In this document: positions 47,930 to 57,487 of the stretch, piece after piece
Numbering within the stretch: the stretch's first letter is position 1
Layout of the letters: each line of letters begins with the position of its first letter
From: Candidatus Woesearchaeota archaeon
GTDB taxonomy: Archaea > Nanobdellota > Nanobdellia > Woesearchaeales > UBA10216
Reading direction: 5' to 3'
Assembly: GCA_016180195.1 (NCBI GenBank)
Contig: JACPBS010000010.1
Span: 16,687 to 80,686 of the forward strand
DNA length: 64,000 nt
Translations under genes and position numbers: made by a program
Notes under the pieces: model-generated
Seen by the model: only the letters and a program-made list of their open reading frames with translations
What the model was told of the DNA's origin: nothing
Databases searched by the model: none

Positions 47930-49000
47930 TTATCCCCTGCTTTGTCTGATTGCGTTGGCCCTTGAGTCAAAACAATTCCTGCTTCTGGAGTCCGCAGAGA
48001 AAATGGTTGCCTTATATCCTGAGAGGAGCCGTCCCAGAGTTTCGGGCAGCATGTTTTCTCCCCCAGTTGACCTTGCCATCTCGGACATCCTGCTTATCTG
48101 CTGTCCCATTTCTCTCGCTCCGGTCATCACGCATCTTGAAAGCTCACTGAATGCGCTGTAGACCGCATCCATTCCTATATAGCTTTCCCTGAAGAACCTG
48201 TACACCTCTTTTGTCCTGTCAACATGCTCTGCAACATCACCTACATAGTTGTTAAGCCTGTCAAGAAGAAGCACTCCGTAGTTTACCAGCTCTATATGTG
48301 TTTTCAGCAGGTCAAGTTCCGCTGACCTGAACACGATGGTCTGGTTGCATTTGGAAAGCTCGTTGTCAAGGGACATCAGCTTCCTGTGAAGTGAGCTGTG
48401 GGCCTTGTAGAGCATTGGATATTGAGGGTCATTCGGGTGCGCCTTGCTTAGCCTTGCTTCAGCTTCCTTGTAAAGCGAAAGCACTTCCTTTGATGACAGC
48501 TCTATGCCTTCATAATTCTGGATGGAGTCGAAGAATTTTGCCAGAACCGTGTCATCCCTGTAAACAACTATGTTGTCCAGCACATGCTCTGAATAGACCA
48601 GGGCTCCTGTCAGTGATGTGCTTAGTGCCCTTATGACATCCACCTCGTCCTCAAATAGCTGCTCCAGGCTTTTTGGATCCTGCCTCCTTCCGCTGATCTT
48701 TTCTATCGCAACCCTTGCCACCCTGTCTCCTATGTAAAGGATTGTTGAGTTCTCAGTCCTTATCCTGTGGTCAATTGCTGACTGAACCATCACAAGGCTG
48801 TCCAGTCCCTCCTTCACATCAAGAAAACCTGACGATCCGGCATTTTGTCTTCCTGTTAATGCTTTTCTCAGCTCTTCAGCTGTGCTTTCATGTCCCCTTG
48901 TTTCTCGATTCGCGTATCCTTGGCTTTCAAGTTTCTTTATGAATTCATCATCTGCATCATTCCCGTTCAGTCCTCCCTTTAGCACATGCATTTTTTGCAC
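47930..49000 (-). CDS. Hypothetical alpha-helical protein
   Basis: 356-aa ORF. Downstream of and probably co-transcribed with 49010-49513. Confidence 0.45.
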   Translation of the reverse strand: MQKMHVLKGGLNGNDADDEFIKKLESQGYANRETRGHESTAEELRKALTGRQNAGSSGFLDVKEGLDSLVMVQSAIDHRIRTENSTILYIGDRVARVAIEKISGRRQDPKSLEQLFEDEVDVIRALSTSLTGALVYSEHVLDNIVVYRDDTVLAKFFDSIQNYEGIELSSKEVLSLYKEAEARLSKAHPNDPQYPMLYKAHSSLHRKLMSLDNELSKCNQTIVFRSAELDLLKTHIELVNYGVLLLDRLNNYVGDVAEHVDRTKEVYRFFRESYIGMDAVYSAFSELSRCVMTGAREMGQQISRMSEMARSTGGENMLPETLGRLLSGYKATIFSADSRSRNCFDSRANAIRQSRG

Positions 49001-49009
49001 CTCGCATTG

Positions 49010-49513
49010 TTATTTCAGAAGCTTTTCCAGCTCGGCTTTCAGGATCTCATTCTTTTGCCTGCCCTCAAGCCTGTTCCATATGGATTTGGAATATTCCTTT
49101 GCATCAGCCCTGTTAAGCATGAGTTCGATCCGTTTTTCCCTGTCAAGAATATTCAATGCTTTCCCTGCATGCTCTGATGCCTGTTCATGGCTCATTGACC
49201 CGTAGTCTATGCCTCTAAGCCTGTAGTCCAGATCCCCTGCATGAATCCCGTTTTCCCCTATCCTGACAGGCAATTCCTCTTTTTTCCCATGGGATTCATA
49301 GACAAGGGTGTATTCGAGATCCCCGTTCCTTTGCGCTGCTTTAATTGAAATCTCCGGCTTTTTTTTGCCGAAGTATCTGTCAACTGAATTGTCAAAATCT
49401 GTTTTTCCGCCTATATATGCTATGGTTGAAACAGCTGCTCCAAGTACAAGCATTCTTTTTATCGGGGTGAAAAAGCCCGCATCATTTTTCCTCGTGTAGT
49501 TCTGCTTTATCAT
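49010..49513 (-). CDS. Hypothetical membrane-anchored protein
   Basis: N-terminal TM, then a charged domain. Confidence 0.4.
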   Translation of the reverse strand: MIKQNYTRKNDAGFFTPIKRMLVLGAAVSTIAYIGGKTDFDNSVDRYFGKKKPEISIKAAQRNGDLEYTLVYESHGKKEELPVRIGENGIHAGDLDYRLRGIDYGSMSHEQASEHAGKALNILDREKRIELMLNRADAKEYSKSIWNRLEGRQKNEILKAELEKLLK

Positions 49514-49576
49514 GCATCATATTATGCGGTTTGTTTTATTATCAGTATCGGGAAATAATCCGATTATTATCCGTGC

Positions 49577-49903
49577 ATGATGGAATGTCTTCGGTGCCGG
49601 TGCGAAGATTCCGAAACCGCATCCATTTGTGAGAAAATTTTTATAACAATGGAAAAAATTATAGCCATGCTGCAGTGTTATTTGAAGGGGGCTTGCCATG
49701 GACTTTATGGCCCTGGAACAGTGGTTTACGCGAGGAGAAGTGATGGTGCCGTAGTTAAGGGAGAATTCTATACCATCGAAAGCGTTATGAACGATAATGG
49801 AAGCTGCGGGAAAACCCTTGAGCTGGCACTGAGGGAAGTGGAAGGTTCGTATTCCCGAAATACGTTCAGGGTCAATGAGGAATGCCTGTCAAGGATGGCT
49901 TAG
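49577..49903 (+). CDS. Hypothetical small Cys-containing protein
   Basis: ORF only. True start uncertain. Confidence 0.3.
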   Translation: MMECLRCRCEDSETASICEKIFITMEKIIAMLQCYLKGACHGLYGPGTVVYARRSDGAVVKGEFYTIESVMNDNGSCGKTLELALREVEGSYSRNTFRVNEECLSRMA

Positions 49904-49929
49904 GGTATGTGATCCCTTGGTTAAACAAA

Positions 49930-50175
49930 GGCGAATTGGGTTTTACAAGCAGAATACGTCTTCTAACAGTTCTTCTAATAGTGCCAACAACTGTTGGCGA
50001 TCCGGGGGATGCCCCATCCGGGGTGGCGAGAAGCTCCCAAATTGAGCAAAGCTCAATTGGGCCAAATCACGCTGAAAGCGTGATTTGGGTTTTTGCCAAA
50101 CCAAAAAAGCGTCCAACCATTGTTGTTGGCACAATCAAGGAAAACAGGCAACAATTTTTTACTCATGCTGCGGAG
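49930..50175. repeat. Structured repeat element A (candidate ncRNA or MITE), 54 nt upstream of the argS ATG
   Basis: Shares two near-identical blocks (about 70 nt and 60 nt) and the ACUCAUGCUGCGGA terminus with element B. Contains an 11-bp closing helix and an R1-like hairpin insert. Confidence 0.5.
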
Positions 50176-50227
50176 ATGCTGCTGGTATGCATAACCTTAA
50201 TAAACATCATTCCTGTTTCAATCTGCT

Positions 50228-51898
50228 ATGAATGTTTTTAGGGATGCAGTTGCAAAGCTCATTTCAGATGAGACAGGTATTCCAAGGGAAGAGGCTGAGC
50301 GGCACATTTCCATTCCCCCTTCTCAGGACCTTGGTGACTTTGCATTTCCTTGCTTTTCGCTTTCAAAGAAGTTAAGGATGGCTCCTGACAGGATTGCTGT
50401 TGATTTGAAGTCCAAGATCAGCCCAGGCAGGTTTTTTGAGAAGGTTGAGGCTCATGGCCCCTACCTTAATTTCTTCATGAACAGGGCATGGATGGCTGGG
50501 AAGGTTGTTGATGCAGTGATGGTTGAGGGTAAGGATTATGGGTCCTTGAAGTCCAAAGGCACTGTTTTGGTGGAGCACACGAGCATTAACCCGAATGCAA
50601 GCCCTCATGTGGGCAGGGCGAGGAACAGCATTATTGGGGATTCCATAGTCAGGCTTCTTAGGTTTCATGGCTACAAGGTTGATGCGCATTTTTTTGTCAA
50701 TGATATCGGGAAGCAGATCGCTCTTCTTGTGCTTGGATGCAGGGGCAGGAAGCTCGCTTTTAAGGATATGCTTTCAGAGTATATCAGGATTAATTCTGAG
50801 CTTGAGGCAGACCCGGGCATTGAAAGGGATGTTTTTGCCCTATTGAAAAAGCTTGAGGATGGTGATAAGGAAGTCCGGAAGGAGTTCAGGCAGGTTGTTG
50901 AAATGTGCGTTAAAGGGCAGTCAGGAATCCTTTATGAGCTAGGCATTAGGTTTGACTGCTTTGACTATGAGTCTGATTATCTTTTCAGCCGGAAGACTGG
51001 CGAGGTTCTAGGCAGGCTTGAATCCTCAGGGAAGGTGTTTGTTGATGCTGAAGGCAGGAAAGTTCTCAACCTTGAGGGATTTAATCTGGACATGAAATCG
51101 CCGGTTCTTGTTTTAACGCGGGCGGATGGGACTTCCCTTTATGGATTGAGGGATTTGGCTTATACTGTTGACAAGTTATCGAAGGGAAGGAACATAGTTG
51201 TGCTTGGGGAGGATCATAAGCTTTATTTCAGGCAGCTTTCTGCAGCGTTATCTCTCCTTGGCTTTCCTGCTCCTGAGGCTGTGCATTACTCGTTTGTCCT
51301 GCTGGCCAGCGGGAAGATGTCAACAAGGTCCGGGAACGTTGTTTTGCTTGAGGATTTTATGTCTCAGGCGTTGGAAAAGGCGGAAGCTGAGATAAGGGGG
51401 AGGAAGAAGGCCCGTTTTTCGAAGCAGCTTGCGCGCAGCATCGGGTATGGAGCATTAAAATATCACATAATAAAGGTCAGCCCTGAGAAAAATGTAACGT
51501 TTGACTGGGATCATGCCCTTAGCTTTGAAGGCGAGTCTGCTCCTTATATCCAGTATGCCCATGCAAGGATAGCCGGTATTATCAGTAAGGCAGGCCATTC
51601 AAAAAAGGGCAAGGTTGATTATTCTCTCCTTAAGACTTCTGTGGAGCATGAGCTGGTCAAGCTGCTTGCTGATTTCCCTGATGTGGCTGAGAAGGCTGCC
51701 CTACAGTTGAGGCCTCATCTTATTGCTAATTATGCGCAGTCCCTTGCAGACTGCTTCAACAGGTTCTATCATGAATGCCCGGTTATCAGCGATGATCATG
51801 ATCTAAGCACAGCCAGGCTTGTGCTTGTCTCTGCTGCCAGGCAGGTTCTCGAAACCAGCCTTAATCTTCTCGGGATCGAGGCTGTAAGGAAGATGTAG
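50228..51898 (+). CDS. argS: Arginyl-tRNA synthetase
   Basis: Class I core with the HVGRARNSIIGD HIGH-region. Arg-specific add-on N-terminal domain. C-terminal DALR anticodon-binding domain. Confidence 0.9.
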   Translation: MNVFRDAVAKLISDETGIPREEAERHISIPPSQDLGDFAFPCFSLSKKLRMAPDRIAVDLKSKISPGRFFEKVEAHGPYLNFFMNRAWMAGKVVDAVMVEGKDYGSLKSKGTVLVEHTSINPNASPHVGRARNSIIGDSIVRLLRFHGYKVDAHFFVNDIGKQIALLVLGCRGRKLAFKDMLSEYIRINSELEADPGIERDVFALLKKLEDGDKEVRKEFRQVVEMCVKGQSGILYELGIRFDCFDYESDYLFSRKTGEVLGRLESSGKVFVDAEGRKVLNLEGFNLDMKSPVLVLTRADGTSLYGLRDLAYTVDKLSKGRNIVVLGEDHKLYFRQLSAALSLLGFPAPEAVHYSFVLLASGKMSTRSGNVVLLEDFMSQALEKAEAEIRGRKKARFSKQLARSIGYGALKYHIIKVSPEKNVTFDWDHALSFEGESAPYIQYAHARIAGIISKAGHSKKGKVDYSLLKTSVEHELVKLLADFPDVAEKAALQLRPHLIANYAQSLADCFNRFYHECPVISDDHDLSTARLVLVSAARQVLETSLNLLGIEAVRKM

Positions 51899-51947
51899 TC
51901 TGTGGTTTTCGCTACTTTTAAATATCGGGCTCATATCCCGGCAGCTG

Positions 51948-54900
51948 ATGGAAGGGCTTGATTTTAAGACTACTGCTGATATCAAGGTTCCACAGAGGAT
52001 TGTGGACCAGGTGATTGGTCAGGAGGACGCTGTCAGGACTATTAGGAAGGCTGCAAAGCAACGGAGGCATGTTCTTCTCATAGGCAATCCTGGAACTGGC
52101 AAGTCAATGTTGGGGATGGCCCTTGCTGAGCTTCTTCCTAAGGAGAAGCTTGTTGATGTAATTTCCTTTTCAAACCCTAATGACGAGAACCAGCCTTTGA
52201 TCAGGACGGTTCCGGCTGGCCAGGGCAGGGAGCTCGTGACTAAGTCCAGGCTTGAGGCGACGAATGTCTTCAAGTACCAGAACGCAATTATGCTTGCTCT
52301 TCTCATAGTGACGATCATTTCGCCATGGTGGGCATTTAACCATTATACAAACGTTGGGGGTTATCTTCTTGGCGGTTTGATGTTCATCGCTTTTTTCCTT
52401 GGAGGGATGGTTTTTTTCGCGAGCTTCATCCTGTTCATTAATTTTGGCAGGAAGGCTGATAACAGGGGCAGGATTCCGAAGGTCATAGTTGATAATTTCA
52501 GCAAGAAGCAGGTTCCTTTTTTTGACGCAACCGGGGCTCATGCAGGTGCATTGCTTGGCGATGTATTGCATGATCCTTTCCAGTGTATCCCTGGCGACGA
52601 ACTTATTCATTTGCCTAATGGAAAGCCGGTTAAGATCAAGGATCTGGTTGATCCATTTTTAGATTCAGATGGCGAGAAGGAACTTCGTGATCAGGATCAA
52701 TTCGATGTGTTGTCCGGCATAAAATCTGGTTTCGGATTCACTTCTGCGAAAGTTTTTAGGGTTTTCAGAAGATTTTTTGATGATGAACTGATTGTTTTGG
52801 AGACTTCGAGGGGTTATAAGATCAGGGTTACTCCGAACCATCCTGTTGCCATTTATTCGCCTGCGGGCCATATTGACTTCATTCCTGCAGCCTCAATTTC
52901 AAGAAAAATGAGATGTGTTGTTCCAAACAGGATTCCTATCACGGCTAGTGAAAGGTTAAGCCCTTCTTTTATTAATTTCCTTGCAGAAACCTTGTCAGAT
53001 GGCTGCATAAGGGAGAGGTCTGTTGCTTTTAAAGTTAGAACAAAATGGAAGGCAGAGGCATATAAAGCCACGATCAAGGCTATTGGTCATGTTCCGAGAA
53101 TAATAAACAGGGGCGGCGATATTGAAATTTATTTAAATTCTGCAGAACTTGTAAGAACCCTTTTAAAAATGGGGGTAAAAAAGAATGGGAAAAAAGAACT
53201 TCCTGAAGTATTATTTGGCTTGCCAAAAGAGGGCGTATTTAGATTTTTGGCCCGTTACATCTCGATAGATGGATATGTGGGTAAGCAGGGTCAGTTTGAA
53301 ATAGTTTCCAAGGAGCTTATTCCAGATATTACTGCGCTCCTCCTTAAGATAGGTGTTAGGGCAAAAATAAGGCATAGGCCTGACCACGGGTTTGGGTTGG
53401 CAAAGGGCATAATTCAGCCACGAATTATCTTTTCAGATTTTGAGTTTGCAGGAGTTTATAGGGAGTTGACGATTAATCCAACTCATAAGGCAAACCTGGA
53501 TTCCTATTTGAGTTCGACCAGTTTCAGGCATGTTTCGAAAGATGATGTGATTCCTGTTGAATTTGGCTGGATGGAAAGGATCAGGCTAAAGGCCGGGCTT
53601 AGTAAGGGTAAAACTCATGATGCATATTATGCCTTAAACCCGGAAGTCCCAAGCCATTCGGCTCCAACACGGCGTTTGCTTCAAAAGGTTTTGGATAGGT
53701 TCCTTTCTTTTACCAACGATGAAGACCTTTTTAGGCTGCGTGATGTTGTGCAGGGCACTTTTGATTTTGATGAAATTGTTTCCGTCTCAAAGGAGAAATT
53801 CTTGGGGCATGTTTATAATCTAACCACCAGTACTGGTACTTATGTGGTTGCGCAGTTGCTCACCCATAATTCCGGCGGCCTTGGAACGCCTGCCCATGAG
53901 AGGGTTGTTGCTGGAATGATCCATAAGGCGCACATGGGTGTTCTTTTTATTGATGAGATAGCAACGCTTCAGCCTTCGACCCAGCAGGAGCTTTTGACTT
54001 CGCTGCAGGAAGGCAAGTATTCCATAACAGGTCAGAGTGAGAGGTCTGCTGGCGCCATGGTCAGGACTGAGTCAGTTCCGTGTAATTTCATTCTTGTTGC
54101 TGCCGGGAATATAGAGACAATCAGGCAGATGCACCCTGCATTAAGGTCAAGGGTTAGGGGTTATGGGTATGAGGTTTTTATGAAGGAGACCATGCCTGAT
54201 ACTGAGGAAAACAGGCTTAAGATCGCGAATTTTGTTGCTCAGGAGGTGTCCAAGGACAAGAAGATACCTCATTTCAGCAGGGATGCTGTGGATCAGATAA
54301 TAATTGCTGCCAGGAGGGCTGCTAACAGGAAGGGTCATTTGACGCTTCATCTTAGGGAGCTTGGAGGGCTTGTCCGTGCAGCAGGTGACCTGGCTACAGA
54401 GGAAAGTTCCAAGTTTGTTGAAAAGAAGCACGTCCTCAATGCGAAGAAGATGGCCAGAACCCTTGAGCAGCAGATCGCTGACAAGATAATTGAGCACAGG
54501 AAGGAGTATGAGGTCATTATTACCTCTGGCAAGAAAATTGGCAGGGTGAATGGGCTTGCGGTTCTTGGGGGCGGCACATCTTATTCAGGTCTTATCATGC
54601 CTATCGAGGCCGAGGTCACGCCTGGCGGGGAGGCTAAGGAAATTATTGCTACAGGCAAGCTGGGGGAGATTGCCAAAGAGGCTGTGTTGAATGTTTCTGC
54701 TATCATAAAGAAGTTTTTCGGAGAGGATATCAGGAAGACCCGTGATATCTATGTCCAGTTCCTCCAGACCTATGGGGAGGGTGTTGAGGGGGATTCTGCA
54801 AGCATCGCGGTGGCAACAGCAATAATCTCTGCATTGAAGGGCATCCCGGTAAAGCAGGATGTTGCGATGACTGGCAGCCTTTCTGTTCGCGGAGAGGTGC

Positions 54901-55118
54901 TTCCTGTTGGAGGGGTCTCATCAAAGGTTGAGGCTGCGCTTGAGGCGGGCATAATGAATGTGATTGTCCCGAGGACTAATCTCAAGGATATCATCATGGA
55001 CAAGTCGGATTACTCTAAAATAAGGATAATTCCCGTTGATAACATCGGTGAAGTTCTTTCAGAGGCCCTTGAGTGGAAGGGTAATGAGCACATCCTGAAG
55101 AAGATCTCTTATGCTTGA
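51948..55118 (+). CDS. lonB: Archaeal membrane-bound Lon protease (LonB) interrupted by an intein
   Basis: Walker A LLIGNPGTGKS. Two TM helices inserted in the AAA module. SGGLGTPAHERV and GVLFIDEI motifs. Ser-Lys protease domain (DSASIAVATAI...K). Confidence 0.9.
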   Translation: MEGLDFKTTADIKVPQRIVDQVIGQEDAVRTIRKAAKQRRHVLLIGNPGTGKSMLGMALAELLPKEKLVDVISFSNPNDENQPLIRTVPAGQGRELVTKSRLEATNVFKYQNAIMLALLIVTIISPWWAFNHYTNVGGYLLGGLMFIAFFLGGMVFFASFILFINFGRKADNRGRIPKVIVDNFSKKQVPFFDATGAHAGALLGDVLHDPFQCIPGDELIHLPNGKPVKIKDLVDPFLDSDGEKELRDQDQFDVLSGIKSGFGFTSAKVFRVFRRFFDDELIVLETSRGYKIRVTPNHPVAIYSPAGHIDFIPAASISRKMRCVVPNRIPITASERLSPSFINFLAETLSDGCIRERSVAFKVRTKWKAEAYKATIKAIGHVPRIINRGGDIEIYLNSAELVRTLLKMGVKKNGKKELPEVLFGLPKEGVFRFLARYISIDGYVGKQGQFEIVSKELIPDITALLLKIGVRAKIRHRPDHGFGLAKGIIQPRIIFSDFEFAGVYRELTINPTHKANLDSYLSSTSFRHVSKDDVIPVEFGWMERIRLKAGLSKGKTHDAYYALNPEVPSHSAPTRRLLQKVLDRFLSFTNDEDLFRLRDVVQGTFDFDEIVSVSKEKFLGHVYNLTTSTGTYVVAQLLTHNSGGLGTPAHERVVAGMIHKAHMGVLFIDEIATLQPSTQQELLTSLQEGKYSITGQSERSAGAMVRTESVPCNFILVAAGNIETIRQMHPALRSRVRGYGYEVFMKETMPDTEENRLKIANFVAQEVSKDKKIPHFSRDAVDQIIIAARRAANRKGHLTLHLRELGGLVRAAGDLATEESSKFVEKKHVLNAKKMARTLEQQIADKIIEHRKEYEVIITSGKKIGRVNGLAVLGGGTSYSGLIMPIEAEVTPGGEAKEIIATGKLGEIAKEAVLNVSAIIKKFFGEDIRKTRDIYVQFLQTYGEGVEGDSASIAVATAIISALKGIPVKQDVAMTGSLSVRGEVLPVGGVSSKVEAALEAGIMNVIVPRTNLKDIIMDKSDYSKIRIIPVDNIGEVLSEALEWKGNEHILKKISYA
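52584..53870 (+). mobile_element. Intein (about 429 aa) with a LAGLIDADG homing-endonuclease domain inside LonB
   Basis: Begins CIPGDELIHL. Two LAGLIDADG-like motifs (NFLAETLSDGCI, FLARYISIDGYVG). Ends VVAQLLTHN followed by Ser. Extein junction restores DPFQ|SGGLGTPAH. Confidence 0.8.
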
Positions 55119-55189
55119 TCACTTTTGAATAGTAAGAAAACTATTTAAACTTTTTGTTCCTGAAATGCAACCAAAAGAGGTGCTTTGAG

Positions 55190-55849
55190 ATGGCTAACAC
55201 GGATTTTTCGTTAATGTATCCGCTGTTTGAGCTTTGGGACAGCTTCGCAAGGGCAGTTCCATCGATAATTGGCGGATTGTTTGTGATTGCAGTTGGTTAT
55301 GTTGTCGGTGCTGCGTTTGGTTTTTTGACACATAGGTTTTTGGAGAAGTCAGGCATCGATCATCATGTTAAGAGGGCAGGTGTTGCCCATTCGATCGGGT
55401 TTGTCAGCATTTCGAATCTTGCAGGTGGCATTACCAAATGGTACGTTTTTTCGTTGTTCCTTATCCCTGCGTCAGAGATAATGAGGCTTGGAACAATATC
55501 CACCCTTTTAAGGGATCTTGCGACATGGATTCCTGATCTGATCGCAGCAGTGATTATCCTGCTTGTAGGCCTTATCATTTCAGACTACATTGCTGATAGG
55601 ATGCTGCACGCAAAGAGGAAGGGAGTCAAGCTTGCAAGCTCTGCAGTCCGATGGTTCCTGATATTCTTTGTGGCAATGACAGCACTGGACCAGATAGGCA
55701 TTAACATATCGTTTGCCACGACCACCAGCTTGATCCTGGTTGCAGGTTTTGCGCTTGGCCTTGCTATCGCGCTCGGGCTAGGGTTCGGGTTTGCATTGAA
55801 AGAAGAGGCAAAGACAACGATCAAGCACATCAAGAAGAACGTGGTTTGA
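55190..55849 (+). CDS. Hypothetical polytopic membrane protein
   Basis: Five to six TM helices. Start set at MANTDF. Confidence 0.45.
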   Translation: MANTDFSLMYPLFELWDSFARAVPSIIGGLFVIAVGYVVGAAFGFLTHRFLEKSGIDHHVKRAGVAHSIGFVSISNLAGGITKWYVFSLFLIPASEIMRLGTISTLLRDLATWIPDLIAAVIILLVGLIISDYIADRMLHAKRKGVKLASSAVRWFLIFFVAMTALDQIGINISFATTTSLILVAGFALGLAIALGLGFGFALKEEAKTTIKHIKKNVV

Positions 55850-56069
55850 CGGATAGCTAATAAGACAGGTAACTGCAAGAGTGCTGTTTGCCTTATCGGT
55901 AATCAGTATATTCGGCGTGTTATTTGTTTTTTTCTTTTTTTACTGGCTTTTCTTTTTCATTGTTCCTTCTGTCGTGGGCAGGTATTATCTTCGGATTGAA
56001 GGGATTGAATTCGTCTGATCAACTTTGGCAAAGATTGGATTGGCTGAGGATAGCTCCGATTGGGATTTT

Positions 56070-56756
56070 TTATTTCCCCATCCTTCTTTCCCTTACTTCA
56101 TATTCGGCAAGGCATTGCATGATGTCTTCCTTTTCAAGTTCGGGGAACAGCTTGTCAATGAATATGAGCTCTGTGTATGCGAGCTGCCATAGGAGGAAGT
56201 TGCTCAGCCTTTTTTCCCCTCCGGGCCTTATAAGCAGGTCCGGCTCGCTTGAAAGGTAAAGGTAGCTTGAGAAGGTATCCTCGCTTATTTCGGGTTCGTT
56301 CCCTTTTTTTGCTTCGATTGCTATCCTTTTGGCAGCCTCAACTATTTCAGTTCTCCCGCCGTATGCGATTGCGAAGTTAACGGTCATCCTTTTTTGGGAC
56401 TTTGTGATTTCCTGGAGATCAGCCATTTCATTCTGCAGCTGCATGGGCAGCAGGCTTAGATTGCCTATGAACCTTACCCTTGTTCCAGTATCCTTTAGCC
56501 TGCTGTCGTTCTTTGCCTTTTTTATTGATTCGCTGAACAGCATGAACAGCGCGTTTATCTCAACAGCGCTCCTCTTGAGGTTCTCGGTAGAAAGAGTATA
56601 AAGCGTGACCTCCCTGACACCTGCGTCCTTTAGCCATCCAAGCACCTCAATTAGCTTTTTCGCCCCATATTCGTGGCCTTTGAGCCGGTTCATTCCGAGC
56701 TTTTTTGCATACCTTCGGTTGCCATCAAGTATTATTGCGACGTGTCCTGGCGGCAT
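56070..56756 (-). CDS. uppS: cis-Prenyltransferase (undecaprenyl/dehydrodolichyl diphosphate synthase)
   Basis: HVAIILDGNRRYAKK, ALFMLFSESIKK and RPGGEKRLSNFLLWQLAYTEL motifs. Confidence 0.85.
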   Translation of the reverse strand: MPPGHVAIILDGNRRYAKKLGMNRLKGHEYGAKKLIEVLGWLKDAGVREVTLYTLSTENLKRSAVEINALFMLFSESIKKAKNDSRLKDTGTRVRFIGNLSLLPMQLQNEMADLQEITKSQKRMTVNFAIAYGGRTEIVEAAKRIAIEAKKGNEPEISEDTFSSYLYLSSEPDLLIRPGGEKRLSNFLLWQLAYTELIFIDKLFPELEKEDIMQCLAEYEVRERRMGK

Positions 56757-56806
56757 TTATTATGTCAATCAACAATTATTTAAATAAGTATTGCAGAAGC
56801 TGGATC

Positions 56807-57463
56807 ATGGCTAAGGTTTCGCCTTCCATCCTTGCTGCTGATTTCAGCTCTTTGGGAAAGGAGGTGTACAGGGTCGGCAAGGCTGCTGATATGATTCATT
56901 TTGATGTCATGGATGGCCTTTTCGTGCCGAATATCACTTTTGGTCCTGCGGTTCTTGCTTCAATTCGAAGACATACGGCCTTGCCCATCGAGGCGCATCT
57001 TATGATCCAGAAGCCTTCAGGCTTTTTGGATCGGTTTGCTGTCTCTGGAGCCACGTTCATTACCGTTCATGTTGAAGCTGATTCGAGTATTCGTACGTTG
57101 AAAAGGATAAGGGAGTTGGGTGCTTTGCCTGGAATCGCATTGAACCCTTCAACCCCTGTCTCCGCGGTTAAGCCTGCCCTGGGCCATGTTTCCTTGGTTC
57201 TTGTGATGACTGTGAATCCGGGTTTTGGAGGGCAGGGTTTTATCATGTCATCCATTTCAAGGATTAGGCAGATAAGGTCCATGATCCTGGAACAGGATCT
57301 TGATGTGCTGATTGAGGTTGACGGAGGCATTAATCTTGATACGGCCAAGAAGGCTGTAGGTGCAGGGGCAGATGTTCTTGTGGCCGGTTCTTATGTTTAT
57401 GGGAGCAGAAACCCTGCTCAGGCGATAAATGCGTTGAAGAAGCTAAAATGCAAAGATATTTAA
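56807..57463 (+). CDS. rpe: Ribulose-phosphate 3-epimerase
   Basis: SPSILAADF, HFDVMDG and VMTVNPGFGGQ signatures. Start set at MAKVS, with a TATA box about 25 nt upstream. Confidence 0.85.
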   Translation: MAKVSPSILAADFSSLGKEVYRVGKAADMIHFDVMDGLFVPNITFGPAVLASIRRHTALPIEAHLMIQKPSGFLDRFAVSGATFITVHVEADSSIRTLKRIRELGALPGIALNPSTPVSAVKPALGHVSLVLVMTVNPGFGGQGFIMSSISRIRQIRSMILEQDLDVLIEVDGGINLDTAKKAVGAGADVLVAGSYVYGSRNPAQAINALKKLKCKDI

Positions 57464-57487
57464 ATAATTAATCACTATCCAGTAGTT

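Noticed and set aside
49930-50175. Elements A and B as SRP RNA or RNase P RNA
   Set aside because: The universally conserved RNase P CR-I/CR-V (GGAAAGUCCGGGC, ACAGAA...GCUUA) and SRP helix-8 motifs are absent. There are at least three related copies in 64 kb, unlike single-copy housekeeping RNAs.
49882-50241. ORFs spanning elements A (49882-50241) and B (61594-61893, 61658-61909) as protein-coding
   Set aside because: The shared blocks fall in different reading frames in the two copies. Indels of 1 nt and 55 nt separate them. So conservation is at nucleotide and structure level, not protein level.
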